The translations under genes and the position numbers were made by a program. Below the pieces are notes generated by a model. It ran no database searches and was not told the origin of the DNA. It saw only the letters and a program-made list of their open reading frames with translations. A stretch of DNA of 64,000 nucleotides from Nitrospirota bacterium (lineage in GTDB: Bacteria > Nitrospirota > UBA9217): the NCBI GenBank assembly GCA_963751455.1, contig CAVVUN010000015.1, positions 1,440,001 to 1,504,000 of the forward strand, in the 5' to 3' direction. Shown piece by piece: positions 8,969 through 19,196 of this stretch. Within the stretch, counting starts at the first letter, position 1. Every line of letters starts with the position of its first letter.

Positions 8969-10474
8969 ATGTTCAAGATCCAGAACAAAATAATGGCGTT
9001 GTCGATCGTCGCAGCTGCGGCCGTTTGGGTTTTCGACAGCGCCGTGGATGCCGTCATCTTTCATGAGCATGGTTTCCTTACGGGTTTGCTCTTTGATGTA
9101 ACCCCTCACGAATTATTCATCCGGTCTGTTTTCATCCTCTTCCTGCTGGTCTTCGGTTTCACGAGTTCCCGCATTGTTGCAAAACGAACCCAAGCGGAAG
9201 AAAAACTCAAGAATTTATCTGCAGCGATAGAATCCTCGATGGACGGCGTCGCGGTATACGATCGCGACGGCAAATACCTCTACGTTAATCAATCCTATGC
9301 CGCTGTAAACGGCTATGACGACCCTGAGGAAGTCATCGGCAAAACCTACCAGCTGGTATACGATGAGAAGGAACTGGAACGAATGCAGAAGCTTCTGGAA
9401 CCTTCGCTTTCAAAGAACGGAAAATGGCGGGGAGAGCTGATCGCAAGGAGAAAGAACGGAAGCGTTTATTTCCAGGAAGCATCGGTCACGACGCTCGAGG
9501 ACGGTGGGCGCGTCTGCATTGTCCGCGACATTACGTGGCGCAAGAGAAGCGAGGAGCGGATGCTTCGCTCGGAACGTTTCCTCAATACTATTTTCGACAG
9601 CATCAGGGACCCCTTTTGCATCTTCGACTCCGAATTCCGCATCATCAAGGTGAACGAGGCGTATGCGCGTCTGAAGAGCAAACAAGTCGACGAGTTGATC
9701 GGGAAAAAATGTTTTAAAGTCCTGGAGGAGAGAGAAACTGTTTGTGAAGGATGCGTCGTGAATAAAACACTCAGCTCATCGGACCCCTGCGCCAAGGACA
9801 AGCAATTCAGGCTGCGTGATGGGAGCGAGGGCTGGCTCGAAATTTACACGTATCCGATCCTCGATGAAGAGAGCAGGGTCACTCACGTCATAGAATACAC
9901 CCGCGACATTACCGATCGCCGGAAATCGGAGGAGGAGAAACGGCTCCTGATCGAGAAACTGGAGCACCTTTCGAGGACCGACGGCCTTACCGGGCTGATC
10001 AACAGGAGGGCGCTCGCCGATACACTCTGCTACGAGATAGACCGCGTGCAGCGTTTCAAGTCGGAGCTTTCGCTGATACTCTGCGATATCGACAATTTCA
10101 AGGCAATTAATGACACCTATGGGCACGACGCGGGTGATCGCGCTCTCCAGATCGTATCCGCAACCCTGAAAACCATTCTTCGGAAAACGGATATCGCCGG
10201 CCGGTACGGCGGCGACGAGTTCATGGCAATACTGCCGGAAACTTCGCGTGCGGGCGCGGAAAGGCTCGCTGAGAAGCTGCTGAAAGCCACGCGGGAAACA
10301 GGGCTCCCCATTCATGGCCACAGTGTAATACCGTTATCTATGAGCATCGGTGTGGCTTCCATAGAGGGCAACTATGGAAACGAAACGATCGATTCGCTGG
10401 TAAGGCGGGCAGACGCTGCAATGTATCGTTCAAAACAAGACGGCAGAAACCGCATCACGAGCGTTGCTTCGTAA
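8969..10474 (+). CDS. Membrane-anchored PAS-PAS diguanylate cyclase
   Basis: 2 TM, two PAS/PAC units, DGLTGL, RKTD I-site, RYGGDEF; GGAGG RBS before 8969. Confidence 0.9.
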   Translation: MFKIQNKIMALSIVAAAAVWVFDSAVDAVIFHEHGFLTGLLFDVTPHELFIRSVFILFLLVFGFTSSRIVAKRTQAEEKLKNLSAAIESSMDGVAVYDRDGKYLYVNQSYAAVNGYDDPEEVIGKTYQLVYDEKELERMQKLLEPSLSKNGKWRGELIARRKNGSVYFQEASVTTLEDGGRVCIVRDITWRKRSEERMLRSERFLNTIFDSIRDPFCIFDSEFRIIKVNEAYARLKSKQVDELIGKKCFKVLEERETVCEGCVVNKTLSSSDPCAKDKQFRLRDGSEGWLEIYTYPILDEESRVTHVIEYTRDITDRRKSEEEKRLLIEKLEHLSRTDGLTGLINRRALADTLCYEIDRVQRFKSELSLILCDIDNFKAINDTYGHDAGDRALQIVSATLKTILRKTDIAGRYGGDEFMAILPETSRAGAERLAEKLLKATRETGLPIHGHSVIPLSMSIGVASIEGNYGNETIDSLVRRADAAMYRSKQDGRNRITSVAS

Positions 10475-10573
10475 GCGGAAAACCGCGAAAGGCGGTAGAG
10501 CAGAAGCGGGTAGGGGAAAAATCCTCAATGATCAATTGGGACACGGAAGAATCGGATTTACCGGATAAAAATC

Positions 10574-10752
10574 TGATAATCCTAAAAACGGCATTTGAAC
10601 ACGGATGAACACGGTAACAGCGGATCAAAACAATGTGATAGAGCAAAAAGCCATCTCGCCTTTTGGGTGAATCCATTACTGTTCGTAACTTCCTATAAAT
10701 CCGTGTTGATCAGATTTTATCCGTGTCCAACTGCTTTTTTCAGGATAATTCA
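10574..10752. mobile_element. MITE-like element with imperfect ~33-bp terminal inverted repeats, within a CACGGAT-type repeat cluster (10538-10866)
   Basis: TGATAATCCTAAAAACGGCATTTGAACACGGAT versus reverse complement of right end TGAATTATCCTGAAAAAAGCAGTTGGACACGGAT. Confidence 0.55.
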
Positions 10753-10873
10753 ATTGCCTTTTGACGAATTTGTGACGAATACAATCGTCTTTTCACGTTT
10801 CCGGACAAAAGTGAGCCACTGGGGCTTGGTGGTTTATCCGCGAAAATCCGCGTTTATCTGCGTCCAAGAGCCG

Positions 10874-12850
10874 TTACGATTTTTTTGCCCCTGACGGCTT
10901 TCGCTCTCCCGACGTTGCTTTAGCGGTTTTACCTGTTGTTTTGGGCTTCAATTTCGTTTCTATTGGTTTGGCCTTCACCTTCGCCTTCGTTGCCCTGGCC
11001 TTTTTCGGCGCTTCACGCGGCTGCACAATCTCCTTTACTTTCCTTACGATCGCTTCTGCGGATATTTCCTCGTAATCCAGGAGTTCAGCCGGCTTGCCGC
11101 TTCGCGGCATTGCGCGAACCGCGAGCGAATAGACAGGCACCGGGTTCTGTGCGAGCGAAGTCATGACCGCTTCCCCGATCCCGCCCGCTGCAAAATGGTC
11201 CTCAACCGTTATCAAGGCCCCGGTCTCGTCGGCCGCGGCCCGCAGCGTACTTTCGTCCAGGGGTTTGACGCTGTACAGGTCGATCACCCGAATGGATATG
11301 CCTTCTTTTTCCAGTATGTCATGGGCCTTGAGCGCCTCATGCACCGTTATTCCCGCGGCAATGATTGCGGCGGCATCCTGTTTGTCCGATTTTAAAACTT
11401 TGCATCCGCCGATCGGGAACAGCTCGTCATTCCCGTAAAGGATCGGGGTATCTTTTCTCGTGGTGCGGAGGTACGCGATGCCCCGGTGCTCCGCCATTGC
11501 TTCAACCAGTTTTTCCGCTGATACCGCGTCCGAAGGATACAGGACTACGCTGTCCAGCAGCGTCCTGAACATCGCGATGTCTTCCAGGCCCATCTGCGAG
11601 GCTCCGTCCTCCCCGATCGAAACACCCGCGTGAGAACCGCAGAACTTGATGTTGGCATCGGAGTACTGGCTCATGCGGATCTGATCAAAGGCCCTGGTAA
11701 GGAAAGCGGCGAAGGTTGAAACAAACGGAATTTTGCCGCGGATGGAAAGGCCCAGGGCGCTCCCGACCATGTTCTGCTCCGCAATGAACATCTCGAAGAA
11801 CCGTTCCGGATATTTTTTCTGGAATATTTCGGAATACGTCGAATTACTCACCTCTCCGTCGAGCACTACCATGTTCGGGAAACGGGGATGGATTCTCTCG
11901 AGCGCCGTGCCGTACGCATGCCGCGTGGCCACAGGTTTGTCCGGCGGGAAGGAAACAGGCTTTGCCGAAGCAGGTTTTTGTTCTGCAGGTTTCAGGTCTT
12001 CCGGTTTCGGCACGGTTCCTCTGGCGTTTTTATCTATGGGGCCCAGTTCCTCCAGAGCCGCCGGGAGGTCCTCTTTTTTCAGCGGTTTGCCGTGCCAGCC
12101 GTTCTTGTCCTCGACGATTGAAACGCCTTTTCCTTTTAATGTTTTCGCTATAATCATCACAGGCTTGCCCGTGATCTGCCTTGCCAGCTTATACGCTCCA
12201 ACGATCTGCGTCATGTTATGCCCGTCCACTTCGATCGTTTCCCATCCAAAGGCCTGCGCGCGGTTTTTGTACACGTACAGGTTATGGCCGTACATGGTCT
12301 CGCCCCGCTGCCCCCACCGGTTAACGTCAAGAATGCCGATCAGGTTGTCGAGCTTATAATACGCGGCAAGCTGCATGGCTTCCCACTGCGAACCTTCGGC
12401 CATTTCGCTGTCGCCCAGCAGCACATAGGTGCGATAGGGCAGTTTATCGATATATTTCGCGTTCATTGCCATGCCGACGCCGATCGAAAGGCCCTGGCCG
12501 AGCGACCCGGTTGCCGCCTCGGTATATTTGAACGCGCGCGTGGGGTGCCCTTCCAGGCTGCTTCCGAACTTCCTGTAGGTCATCAATTCCTGCTCACTCA
12601 CTTTTCCCGCTGCCGCCCAGAGGCAATAGAAAAGCGGTGACGCATGGCCCTTTGAAAAGATCAAACGGTCATTGTTCGGATGGCCCGGGTTGCCCAGGTC
12701 GTACGTAAAGGAACCGCCGAAGACGAGGCCCGTCATCAGGTCCGCCGCGGACATCGAAGACGTGGGATGTCCGGAGCCGGCGTTGGTAGACATGACGAGG
12801 CTGTAATAGCGGATCAGTTTGGCAATGCTTTCGAGGTTGTTGTTCGTCAT
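10874..12850 (-). CDS. tkt: Transketolase with Lys-rich C-terminal tail
   Basis: GSGHPTS, SKGHASP, GSLGQG, GDSEMAEG, IAEQNMVG, HAGVSIGEDG motifs. Confidence 0.93.
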   Translation of the reverse strand: MTNNNLESIAKLIRYYSLVMSTNAGSGHPTSSMSAADLMTGLVFGGSFTYDLGNPGHPNNDRLIFSKGHASPLFYCLWAAAGKVSEQELMTYRKFGSSLEGHPTRAFKYTEAATGSLGQGLSIGVGMAMNAKYIDKLPYRTYVLLGDSEMAEGSQWEAMQLAAYYKLDNLIGILDVNRWGQRGETMYGHNLYVYKNRAQAFGWETIEVDGHNMTQIVGAYKLARQITGKPVMIIAKTLKGKGVSIVEDKNGWHGKPLKKEDLPAALEELGPIDKNARGTVPKPEDLKPAEQKPASAKPVSFPPDKPVATRHAYGTALERIHPRFPNMVVLDGEVSNSTYSEIFQKKYPERFFEMFIAEQNMVGSALGLSIRGKIPFVSTFAAFLTRAFDQIRMSQYSDANIKFCGSHAGVSIGEDGASQMGLEDIAMFRTLLDSVVLYPSDAVSAEKLVEAMAEHRGIAYLRTTRKDTPILYGNDELFPIGGCKVLKSDKQDAAAIIAAGITVHEALKAHDILEKEGISIRVIDLYSVKPLDESTLRAAADETGALITVEDHFAAGGIGEAVMTSLAQNPVPVYSLAVRAMPRSGKPAELLDYEEISAEAIVRKVKEIVQPREAPKKARATKAKVKAKPIETKLKPKTTGKTAKATSGERKPSGAKKS

Positions 12851-12871
12851 AGGAACTCCTTTTAAATGTAA

Positions 12872-13006
12872 GTATCAGAGTATCAGAGTGTCAGATTCAG
12901 CGAACAGCAAAAGAGTCAGCGAACAGCCATAAAGCTGACGGATGAGTATCAGAGTATCAGAGGACTGCTCGGCTTTGACACGTTGACTCTTTGATTCTTT
13001 GACACT
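12872..13006. repeat. 8-bp periodic inverted-arm element (nuoN-tkt junction)
   Basis: GTATCAGA GTATCAGA GTGTCAGA ... TTTGACAC GTTGACTC TTTGATTC TTTGACAC. Confidence 0.7.
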
Positions 13007-13008
13007 TG

Positions 13009-14436
13009 CTATTTCACACTCTGCACTATTCGTTCTATCACCTCTATCACCGGCGTCGGGTACACGCCGAGCCAGATCAGAACGATCGCAAGCGCTGTAA
13101 GAATTGCGCTGCCTGTCCGAGAAAGTGATGCCGTTGTAATTCCGCTTTCCTCGGGAGTCGAGTAGACCGCAATGATGATTCTCAAATAATAGAACAGCCC
13201 GATTGCGCTGTTGATGAGCAGAATGATAACGAGCATCCAGAGGGCAGACCCCACACCGGCCGCGACCACATAGAATTTTCCCACGAAGCCGGCAGTAAGC
13301 GGAATGCCGGCAAGCGAAAGCAGCATGGCCGTGAAGATACCCGCAAGCCAGGGCCTGCGCCACGCAAGCCCGGCATACTCTTCCATGCTGTCAGCGTCCC
13401 GGTCAGCCCGGGAGAGTACGGTGACGACCCCGAACGCGCCGAGCATAGTCACGAAATACGCCGCCAGATAGAATGCGGCAGCGCTCATCGCGAGCGGACC
13501 TGATGAAAGAAGTGTCACGAGGAGATACCCCAGGTGCGAAATGGAGGAATACGCGAGAATGCGCTTTACGTTTTTCTGAAGGAGCGCGAGCAGGTTTCCG
13601 GCGAACATTGAGGCAACGGCTATGATGAACAGGATAACGAAGAGCGGGCCGTACGCCTGGACGTCAAGCCGCGAAAAATAACGGAATACGACAGCGAATA
13701 CTCCGCCCTTCGAGACAGTGGCAATAAACGCGCTGACCGGGGCAGGCGCGCCTTCATACACGTCGGGTGTCCACATATGGAAGGGGACGACTGCCAGCTT
13801 GAAGCCGAGCCCCGTGATGATCAGCCCGATTCCGGCGGTGAACGGCACGCTCTGCAGGGACGCAGCCTGAGAGGCGATCCGGTACAGTTCCATGCTGCCG
13901 GTTTCCGCATATACCAGAGCCATGCCGAACAGGATGAAGGCTGAAGAAACCGCGGCCAGGATAAGATACTTTACGCCCGCTTCGATGCTTTGCTCCCGGT
14001 GCCTGAGGTACGCTGCCATAGCGTACAGCGACACGCTCAGGATTTCGAGGCCCAGGAACAGGGAAGCAAAATGCGTGCTTGTCGTGAGAACGGCGGTGCC
14101 GAGCGTTGCAAAAAGCAGGAGCAGATAAAATTCCTCATGGTGCCCGGCCTGAGAGTTAAGGTATGAATAGGAGAGACACGCTACGCAGAAGCTCGCGAAG
14201 AATATCAGTCCCATATAATAGAGGGCGAAGCGGTCTACGACCAAAAGGGGCGTGACCATGCGAGGCGTCAGCGAGGTTATAAACGGGAGCGAAGCCAGAG
14301 CAGCCAGGAGGCCTGCAAGCGTGAGCATGTTCGCGACAACGTGACTCCGGTAAAAGGCGATCACCATCATGAGAACGATTGCGGTTCCGGCCGTGATGAT
14401 GAGGGGGAGCAGGGCGATGATATCAATGAAGTCCAT
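13009..14436 (-). CDS. nuoN: NADH-quinone oxidoreductase subunit N (operon 1)
   Basis: EAGVKY, GFKLAVVPFHMWTPDVYEGAP, KRILAYSSISH; AGGAGG RBS before 14436. Confidence 0.93.
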   Translation of the reverse strand: MDFIDIIALLPLIITAGTAIVLMMVIAFYRSHVVANMLTLAGLLAALASLPFITSLTPRMVTPLLVVDRFALYYMGLIFFASFCVACLSYSYLNSQAGHHEEFYLLLLFATLGTAVLTTSTHFASLFLGLEILSVSLYAMAAYLRHREQSIEAGVKYLILAAVSSAFILFGMALVYAETGSMELYRIASQAASLQSVPFTAGIGLIITGLGFKLAVVPFHMWTPDVYEGAPAPVSAFIATVSKGGVFAVVFRYFSRLDVQAYGPLFVILFIIAVASMFAGNLLALLQKNVKRILAYSSISHLGYLLVTLLSSGPLAMSAAAFYLAAYFVTMLGAFGVVTVLSRADRDADSMEEYAGLAWRRPWLAGIFTAMLLSLAGIPLTAGFVGKFYVVAAGVGSALWMLVIILLINSAIGLFYYLRIIIAVYSTPEESGITTASLSRTGSAILTALAIVLIWLGVYPTPVIEVIERIVQSVK

Positions 14437-15967
14437 TTCGCGCCTCCTGCTCATCGATCCGAAGTTCATTCGCGCTGGTTGTCGCGGCGGCTGAAGAAGC
14501 GCCGGATTGCAGGCGGCCCAACACAGGGGCCGTCGTGTTCAATGCCGGCATCGGGTAAAGTCCCAGCCAGAAGATTGCAATAATAAGCGCGGCCATTATT
14601 CCAGTCTCGCGGCCGGACAGGTCAACGATTTTCCGGATCGCGCGCGGTTGTCCATGAAATGCGCGCTGCACCATCCAGAGCGCATATATTGCGGCCAATA
14701 CGAGCCCGAGCGCAGCGAACAGCGTCATGAGCGGACTGGTCCTGAAGGACCCGAGAAGAACCATGAATTCCGCCACGAAATTGCCGAAGCCGGGCAGGCC
14801 GAGTGAAGCGAGGCCGAAGACGAGGCCGATTGCGCTCAGGCGCGGTACCACTGACCACATGCCGCCCATATCGTCCATGTCGCGGGTATGGATTCGTTCC
14901 TGAATCATGCCGACGATGATGAACAGGGCGCCGGTGCTCACGCCGTGCGCAAGCATCTGCATGATTGCGCCCTGCAGCGAAGCCGCGTTCCCTGCAAAAA
15001 TGCCGAGCAGCACAAACCCCATATGGCTGACGCTGGTGTAGGCCACGAGCCGTTTAAGATCGGTCTGGGCAAAGGCAAGGACCGCCCCGTAGATGATGCC
15101 GATGACGGCGACCACCATTACTGCCCTGCTTACGCCTGCGGCCGCTCCGGGAAAGAGCGGCAGCACGAAACGGAGAATTCCGTAAGCGCCGGTCTTGAGC
15201 AGCAAACCCGCCAGAATAACACTGCCCGCGGTCGGGGCTTCGGTGTGTGCGTCCGGCAGCCAGACATGAAAGGGAACAGCCGGCAGCTTCACCGTAAAGG
15301 AGATGAGGAAGCCGAGCATGAGCCAGAAGGCGGTTTTCGGCTCGATCTTCGTTCCGAGGAGCAGGGAGTAGTCAAAGGTCATCACACCCGTTGTCCGCAG
15401 ATGGACCATGGAAAGGGCCAGGATCGAAAGAAACATCAGCAGGCCGCCGGCCTGCGTGAAGATGAAGAATTTGAGCGAAGCGTAGACCCGGTTCTCATGT
15501 CCCCAGATGCTGATCAGAAAATACATGGGCACGAGCATCAGTTCCCAGAAAAAATAGAAGAGAAACAGGTCCAGGGAAAGGAAGACGCCCATAATGCCGG
15601 AGAGTATTGCCATCAGGTTCATATGGAAGAAGCCGACGCGGCCGCGGATTTCCGTCCAGGAGCAGATTACCGAGATGATGCCGAGAAAGAGCGTAAGCGC
15701 AACGAACACGAGGCTCAGGCCGTCGATCGCGAGATGCAGACCTATGCCGAGTCCGGGGATCCAGGGCTGGTTCAATTCGACAAGCCAGGTCCCGCGGTTG
15801 AGCGCTGCCTGCGATGAAGGCCGCAGCCACAGCGATACCAGCAGCACCAGGTCGAGTGCAAGCGCGGCAAGCGAAATCCAACGGATCAGAACGTTGTTCC
15901 GCCTGCCCAGTAGCCACGCGGCTACTCCGCCTATCAGCGGTATGATTATCAACCAGGCAAGGATCAT
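14423..15967 (-). CDS. nuoM: NADH-quinone oxidoreductase subunit M (operon 1)
   Basis: FWELMLVPMY, HVWLPDAHTEAP, KRLVAYTSVSHMG. Confidence 0.95.
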   Translation of the reverse strand: MILAWLIIIPLIGGVAAWLLGRRNNVLIRWISLAALALDLVLLVSLWLRPSSQAALNRGTWLVELNQPWIPGLGIGLHLAIDGLSLVFVALTLFLGIISVICSWTEIRGRVGFFHMNLMAILSGIMGVFLSLDLFLFYFFWELMLVPMYFLISIWGHENRVYASLKFFIFTQAGGLLMFLSILALSMVHLRTTGVMTFDYSLLLGTKIEPKTAFWLMLGFLISFTVKLPAVPFHVWLPDAHTEAPTAGSVILAGLLLKTGAYGILRFVLPLFPGAAAGVSRAVMVVAVIGIIYGAVLAFAQTDLKRLVAYTSVSHMGFVLLGIFAGNAASLQGAIMQMLAHGVSTGALFIIVGMIQERIHTRDMDDMGGMWSVVPRLSAIGLVFGLASLGLPGFGNFVAEFMVLLGSFRTSPLMTLFAALGLVLAAIYALWMVQRAFHGQPRAIRKIVDLSGRETGIMAALIIAIFWLGLYPMPALNTTAPVLGRLQSGASSAAATTSANELRIDEQEARNGLH

Positions 15968-16000
15968 AAATTATTACCCACCTCAAAGGCGAAGAATATT

Positions 16001-16099
16001 TCGCGCAAAGTCGCCAAGTCGCAAAGAAAGGCAGAATTACCTTGATTTATTCAAGACTGGAAACGTATCTTTGCTCCGCGTCTTTGCGGCTTTGCGCGA
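16001..16099. repeat. Inverted-arm element (CGCAAAG type) at nuoL-nuoM junction
   Basis: TCGCGCAAAGTCGCCAAGTCGCAAAG ... CGCGTCTTTGCGGCTTTGCGCGA. Confidence 0.7.
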
Positions 16100-16146
16100 G
16101 TCCATTTTCCGGTGCTACTTCCGTGATGATCCAATCAGCGACTGAA

Positions 16147-16204
16147 CTTGATCCGGCATCCAAAACGCTACGAAAAGCTGGATTCCGGCTTTCGCCGGAA
16201 TGAC
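16147..16204. repeat. REP-like palindrome (GGATTCCGGC-TTTC-GCCGGAATGAC)
   Basis: Hairpin at 16180-16204; related copies inside 34694-34767. Confidence 0.65.
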
Positions 16205-16240
16205 GATCTTTGGGTTTATTGGCATTTTAAAATATAGATG

Positions 16241-18136
16241 CTAGCCGAATATTACTACAATCCCCACAAACACCACGGCCCCGAGCGTCAGAGCCATCGC
16301 ATACCAACGGATATTTCCTGTCTGGGTGCTGCTCAAGAGAGAATGCATTCCACGGTTTATTGCCGCAATTCCGGAATAGCCGGCATCGAAAAAATCACTT
16401 TTATTTATCCGCGCAATCCAGAGAAACGGCCGGACCAGAAACGTATCATAAAGCCGGTCAAAGCCCCATCCTGAGAACCAGAAGCTGCCAAGCCGCAAGC
16501 CGAGGGGGCTTTGCGAAAGACTGTGCGCTATTTCGGGCCGCCTAATAAATAATACAAAGGCTGCCAGAATACCGGCGAGTGATACGATCGATGCAATTGC
16601 CATGGACATCAGTTCATTGGTTTCAATTCCCTGTTCCGTCAGAGGCTCCGAAAACACGGGTATCAGAAAATCGGAAAAGAGATGAACGTTGCCGACCGTT
16701 TCGGGCATCTGCACGAAGCCGCCGACTATGGACAAAAGGGCGAGTATGACCAGAGGCAGCCTGGTTATCACTCCCGGCTTCCAGCTCACTTCCAGCTTCG
16801 CTTTCCCGAAGAACGTCACGAACACCATGCGAAACGTGTAGAGAGAGGTGATCAATGCTCCCGCAAGACCTGCAATCCAGAGCCAGAGGCCGCCCTGTTG
16901 AAAACTTAATGCCCGGGCCAGGATGAGGTCCTTGCTGTAGAAGCCCGCGGTGACGAGCGGAAGCGCAGAAAGCGAGGCCGCGCCAATAACAAAAGTCCAG
17001 AACGTAACCGGAAGCCTTGTACGCAAGCCGCCCATCTTCGACATATCGTGCTCTTCATGCTGCGCAAGAATGACCACGCCTGCGCCGAGAAACAGGAGCG
17101 CCTTGAAAAACGCATGCGTCATGAAATGAAACATTGCCGCCGACCATGCGCCCACGCCCAGGGCCAGGAACATGTACCCGATCTGGCTGATCGTGGAGTA
17201 CGCGAGCACGCGCTTGATGTCCTTTTGAACGAGGGCGCTGCATCCCGCAAGCAAAAGCGTGGCAGCGCCGATCACGGCAACAGCGATTTGCACGGAAGGC
17301 GCCAGAGAAAAAAGCACATGGGTACGGGCGATAAGGTACACACCCGCGGTCACCATGGTTGCCGCATGGATCAAAGCGCTGACAGGGGTAGGGCCGGCCA
17401 TGGCATCGGGCAGCCACGTCTGGAGCGGCAGCTGAGCGGATTTACCGACAGCGCCGCCGAGCAGGAGCGCTGCGGCAATTGTCGGCAGCGTTGATCCCAC
17501 AGGCCAGTTCTGAGCCGCGGCCTGCATCAACTCCCGGATATTCAAGGTGCCGAGGTGCGTTAAAAGCAGAAAAAGTCCCAAAGCCATGGCCGTGTCGCCC
17601 ACCCGGGTAACAATGAAAGCCTTCCGGGCGGCATAGCCGTTGACCGGGTCTTTATACCAGAAGCCGATCAGCAAATAGCTGCAGAGGCCGACGCCTTCCC
17701 ATCCGAGATACAGAAGCAGCAGGTTGTCGGCCAGCACCAGCACGAGCATGGAGCCTACGAAAAGATTCATGTACGCGAAGAACCGGGAGTAGCCTTCTTC
17801 GTTCGCCATATGCTCGACGGAGTAAAGATGAATAAGGAACCCTACGATTGTGATGACCAGCGTCATGAGCAGGGAGAGGGGATCGAGCGTAAAGGATACG
17901 TCGACAGCATATCTTTCGAACTGCATCCACGTCCATAGTGTTTGGGTAAAGCTCCGGTCCTGAGGAAGCCTGGCCGCTAAATCGATTGCCGTGACTGTTG
18001 AAAGAAGAGCCGACATTCCTACAGAGCCTGTTCCTGCAAGCGCGACGGAAAACTTCGAAAGACGTTTTCCGAAGAGCGCCAGAAGCAGGAACCCGGCAAA
18101 GGGAAGAGCTGGTATAAGAAATAGAAATTTTAACAT
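16241..18136 (-). CDS. nuoL: NADH-quinone oxidoreductase subunit L (operon 1)
   Basis: GWEGVGLCSYLLIGFW, KSAQLPLQTWLPDAMAGPTP; start trimmed out of the upstream repeat (18136 or 18145). Confidence 0.93.
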   Translation of the reverse strand: MLKFLFLIPALPFAGFLLLALFGKRLSKFSVALAGTGSVGMSALLSTVTAIDLAARLPQDRSFTQTLWTWMQFERYAVDVSFTLDPLSLLMTLVITIVGFLIHLYSVEHMANEEGYSRFFAYMNLFVGSMLVLVLADNLLLLYLGWEGVGLCSYLLIGFWYKDPVNGYAARKAFIVTRVGDTAMALGLFLLLTHLGTLNIRELMQAAAQNWPVGSTLPTIAAALLLGGAVGKSAQLPLQTWLPDAMAGPTPVSALIHAATMVTAGVYLIARTHVLFSLAPSVQIAVAVIGAATLLLAGCSALVQKDIKRVLAYSTISQIGYMFLALGVGAWSAAMFHFMTHAFFKALLFLGAGVVILAQHEEHDMSKMGGLRTRLPVTFWTFVIGAASLSALPLVTAGFYSKDLILARALSFQQGGLWLWIAGLAGALITSLYTFRMVFVTFFGKAKLEVSWKPGVITRLPLVILALLSIVGGFVQMPETVGNVHLFSDFLIPVFSEPLTEQGIETNELMSMAIASIVSLAGILAAFVLFIRRPEIAHSLSQSPLGLRLGSFWFSGWGFDRLYDTFLVRPFLWIARINKSDFFDAGYSGIAAINRGMHSLLSSTQTGNIRWYAMALTLGAVVFVGIVVIFG

Positions 18137-18154
18137 ATCAACCATCAAAGGCTT

Positions 18155-18231
18155 TATCCGCAGATTTCGCAGATCGAATGAATACAAGAACTGACTCGTT
18201 TAATCTTTAAAATCTGTGTAATCTGCGGATT
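18155..18231. repeat. 9-bp periodic hairpin element (ATCCGCAGAT type), nuoK-nuoL junction
   Basis: TATCCGCAGATTTCGCAGAT ... ATCTGTGTAATCTGCGGAT. Confidence 0.8.
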
Positions 18232-18239
18232 ATGGTGCA

Positions 18240-18551
18240 TCAGCCCTTCATTCTGCTTGCAGCGTCCGCATCGAGGGTGTCAAATCTGTGATACATCTGC
18301 AGCACCAGCGCAAGACCCACGGATACCTCGGCAGCAGCCATGGTCACGATAAATATGAACATAACTTGCCCGTCAGCCTGTGCCCATTTGGCGCCTGCCG
18401 ACACGAAGGCAAGGCCGACTGCGTTCAGCATAATTTCGACCGACATGAGCATAAATACGATGTTCCGACGGACCAGCACGCCGATCAATCCCAGAACAAA
18501 AAGGATTGCAGCAAGCATGAGGCCGTGTTCCATGGGGACGTTTGCGATCAT
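18240..18551 (-). CDS. nuoK: NADH-quinone oxidoreductase subunit K (operon 1)
   Basis: [27 protein letters not shown]. Confidence 0.95.
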   Translation of the reverse strand: MIANVPMEHGLMLAAILFVLGLIGVLVRRNIVFMLMSVEIMLNAVGLAFVSAGAKWAQADGQVMFIFIVTMAAAEVSVGLALVLQMYHRFDTLDADAASRMKG

Positions 18552-18570
18552 TGAAACTCCGGGAGAATGA

Positions 18571-18669
18571 ATTGTAAATTGTAAATATTAAATTGCAAAA
18601 CGCAAAGTGATTTGATTGAAATACCTTTTCACTTTAAAATTTGCAATTTGCACCTTGCAATTTGAAATG
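18571..18669. repeat. 7-bp periodic hairpin element, nuoJ-nuoK junction
   Basis: ATTGTAA ATTGTAA ATATTAA ATTGCAA ... TTTGCAA TTTGCAC CTTGCAA TTTGAAA. Confidence 0.75.
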
Positions 18670-18670
18670 C

Positions 18671-19162
18671 TTAATGCTTATGCGGCCTGCCCAGATGGTA
18701 TGCGCCGATCAGCCCTGCGAGCAAAAGCATGGATGCCAGCTCGACACCGAGCACGTAAGGGCCGAACAAGGCTATGCCGATCTGCTTCGGCCCGACAGCA
18801 TTTCCGGACGCCATTTTGGGGCCCCCGATCAATACATATATAAGCTCGAGAGCGAGCACCAGCGCAAGGAGCGATGGCCCGAGCCATACCCGAGGGCTCA
18901 GCCACAGCGATTCCTGTTTCGCAGCTTCCGGGCCGATGTTCAGCATCATAATTACGAAAACGAAGAGAACCATGATTGCGCCGGCATAGATGATTACTTC
19001 CAGGGCCGACGCAAACGACGCGCCGAGGGACAAAAAAACGAGCGCCACGGCGAGCAGGGAAACGATGAGATAGAGCAATGCATGCACAGCGTTCTTCCCG
19101 CTCACGACCATGAAGGTCGCCAGTACGGCAACGACAGCTGATATGTAGAAAAGAAGATTCAT
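18671..19162 (-). CDS. nuoJ: NADH-quinone oxidoreductase subunit J (operon 1)
   Basis: NAVHALLYL, YAGAIMVLFVFVIMML, ELASMLLL. Confidence 0.95.
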   Translation of the reverse strand: MNLLFYISAVVAVLATFMVVSGKNAVHALLYLIVSLLAVALVFLSLGASFASALEVIIYAGAIMVLFVFVIMMLNIGPEAAKQESLWLSPRVWLGPSLLALVLALELIYVLIGGPKMASGNAVGPKQIGIALFGPYVLGVELASMLLLAGLIGAYHLGRPHKH

Positions 19163-19196
19163 TGAATACTCAGTTAAACTTCACGCAATACCGTCT

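Noticed and set aside
10476-10512. c-di-GMP-I riboswitch-like GAAA hairpin
   Set aside because: Lacks the GGGACGCAAAGC core and lies downstream of a gene between convergent ORFs.
18137-18187. N-terminal extensions of NuoL1, NuoE1 and HndB in the ORF track
   Set aside because: They are translations of intergenic repeats; downstream ATGs fit family lengths better.
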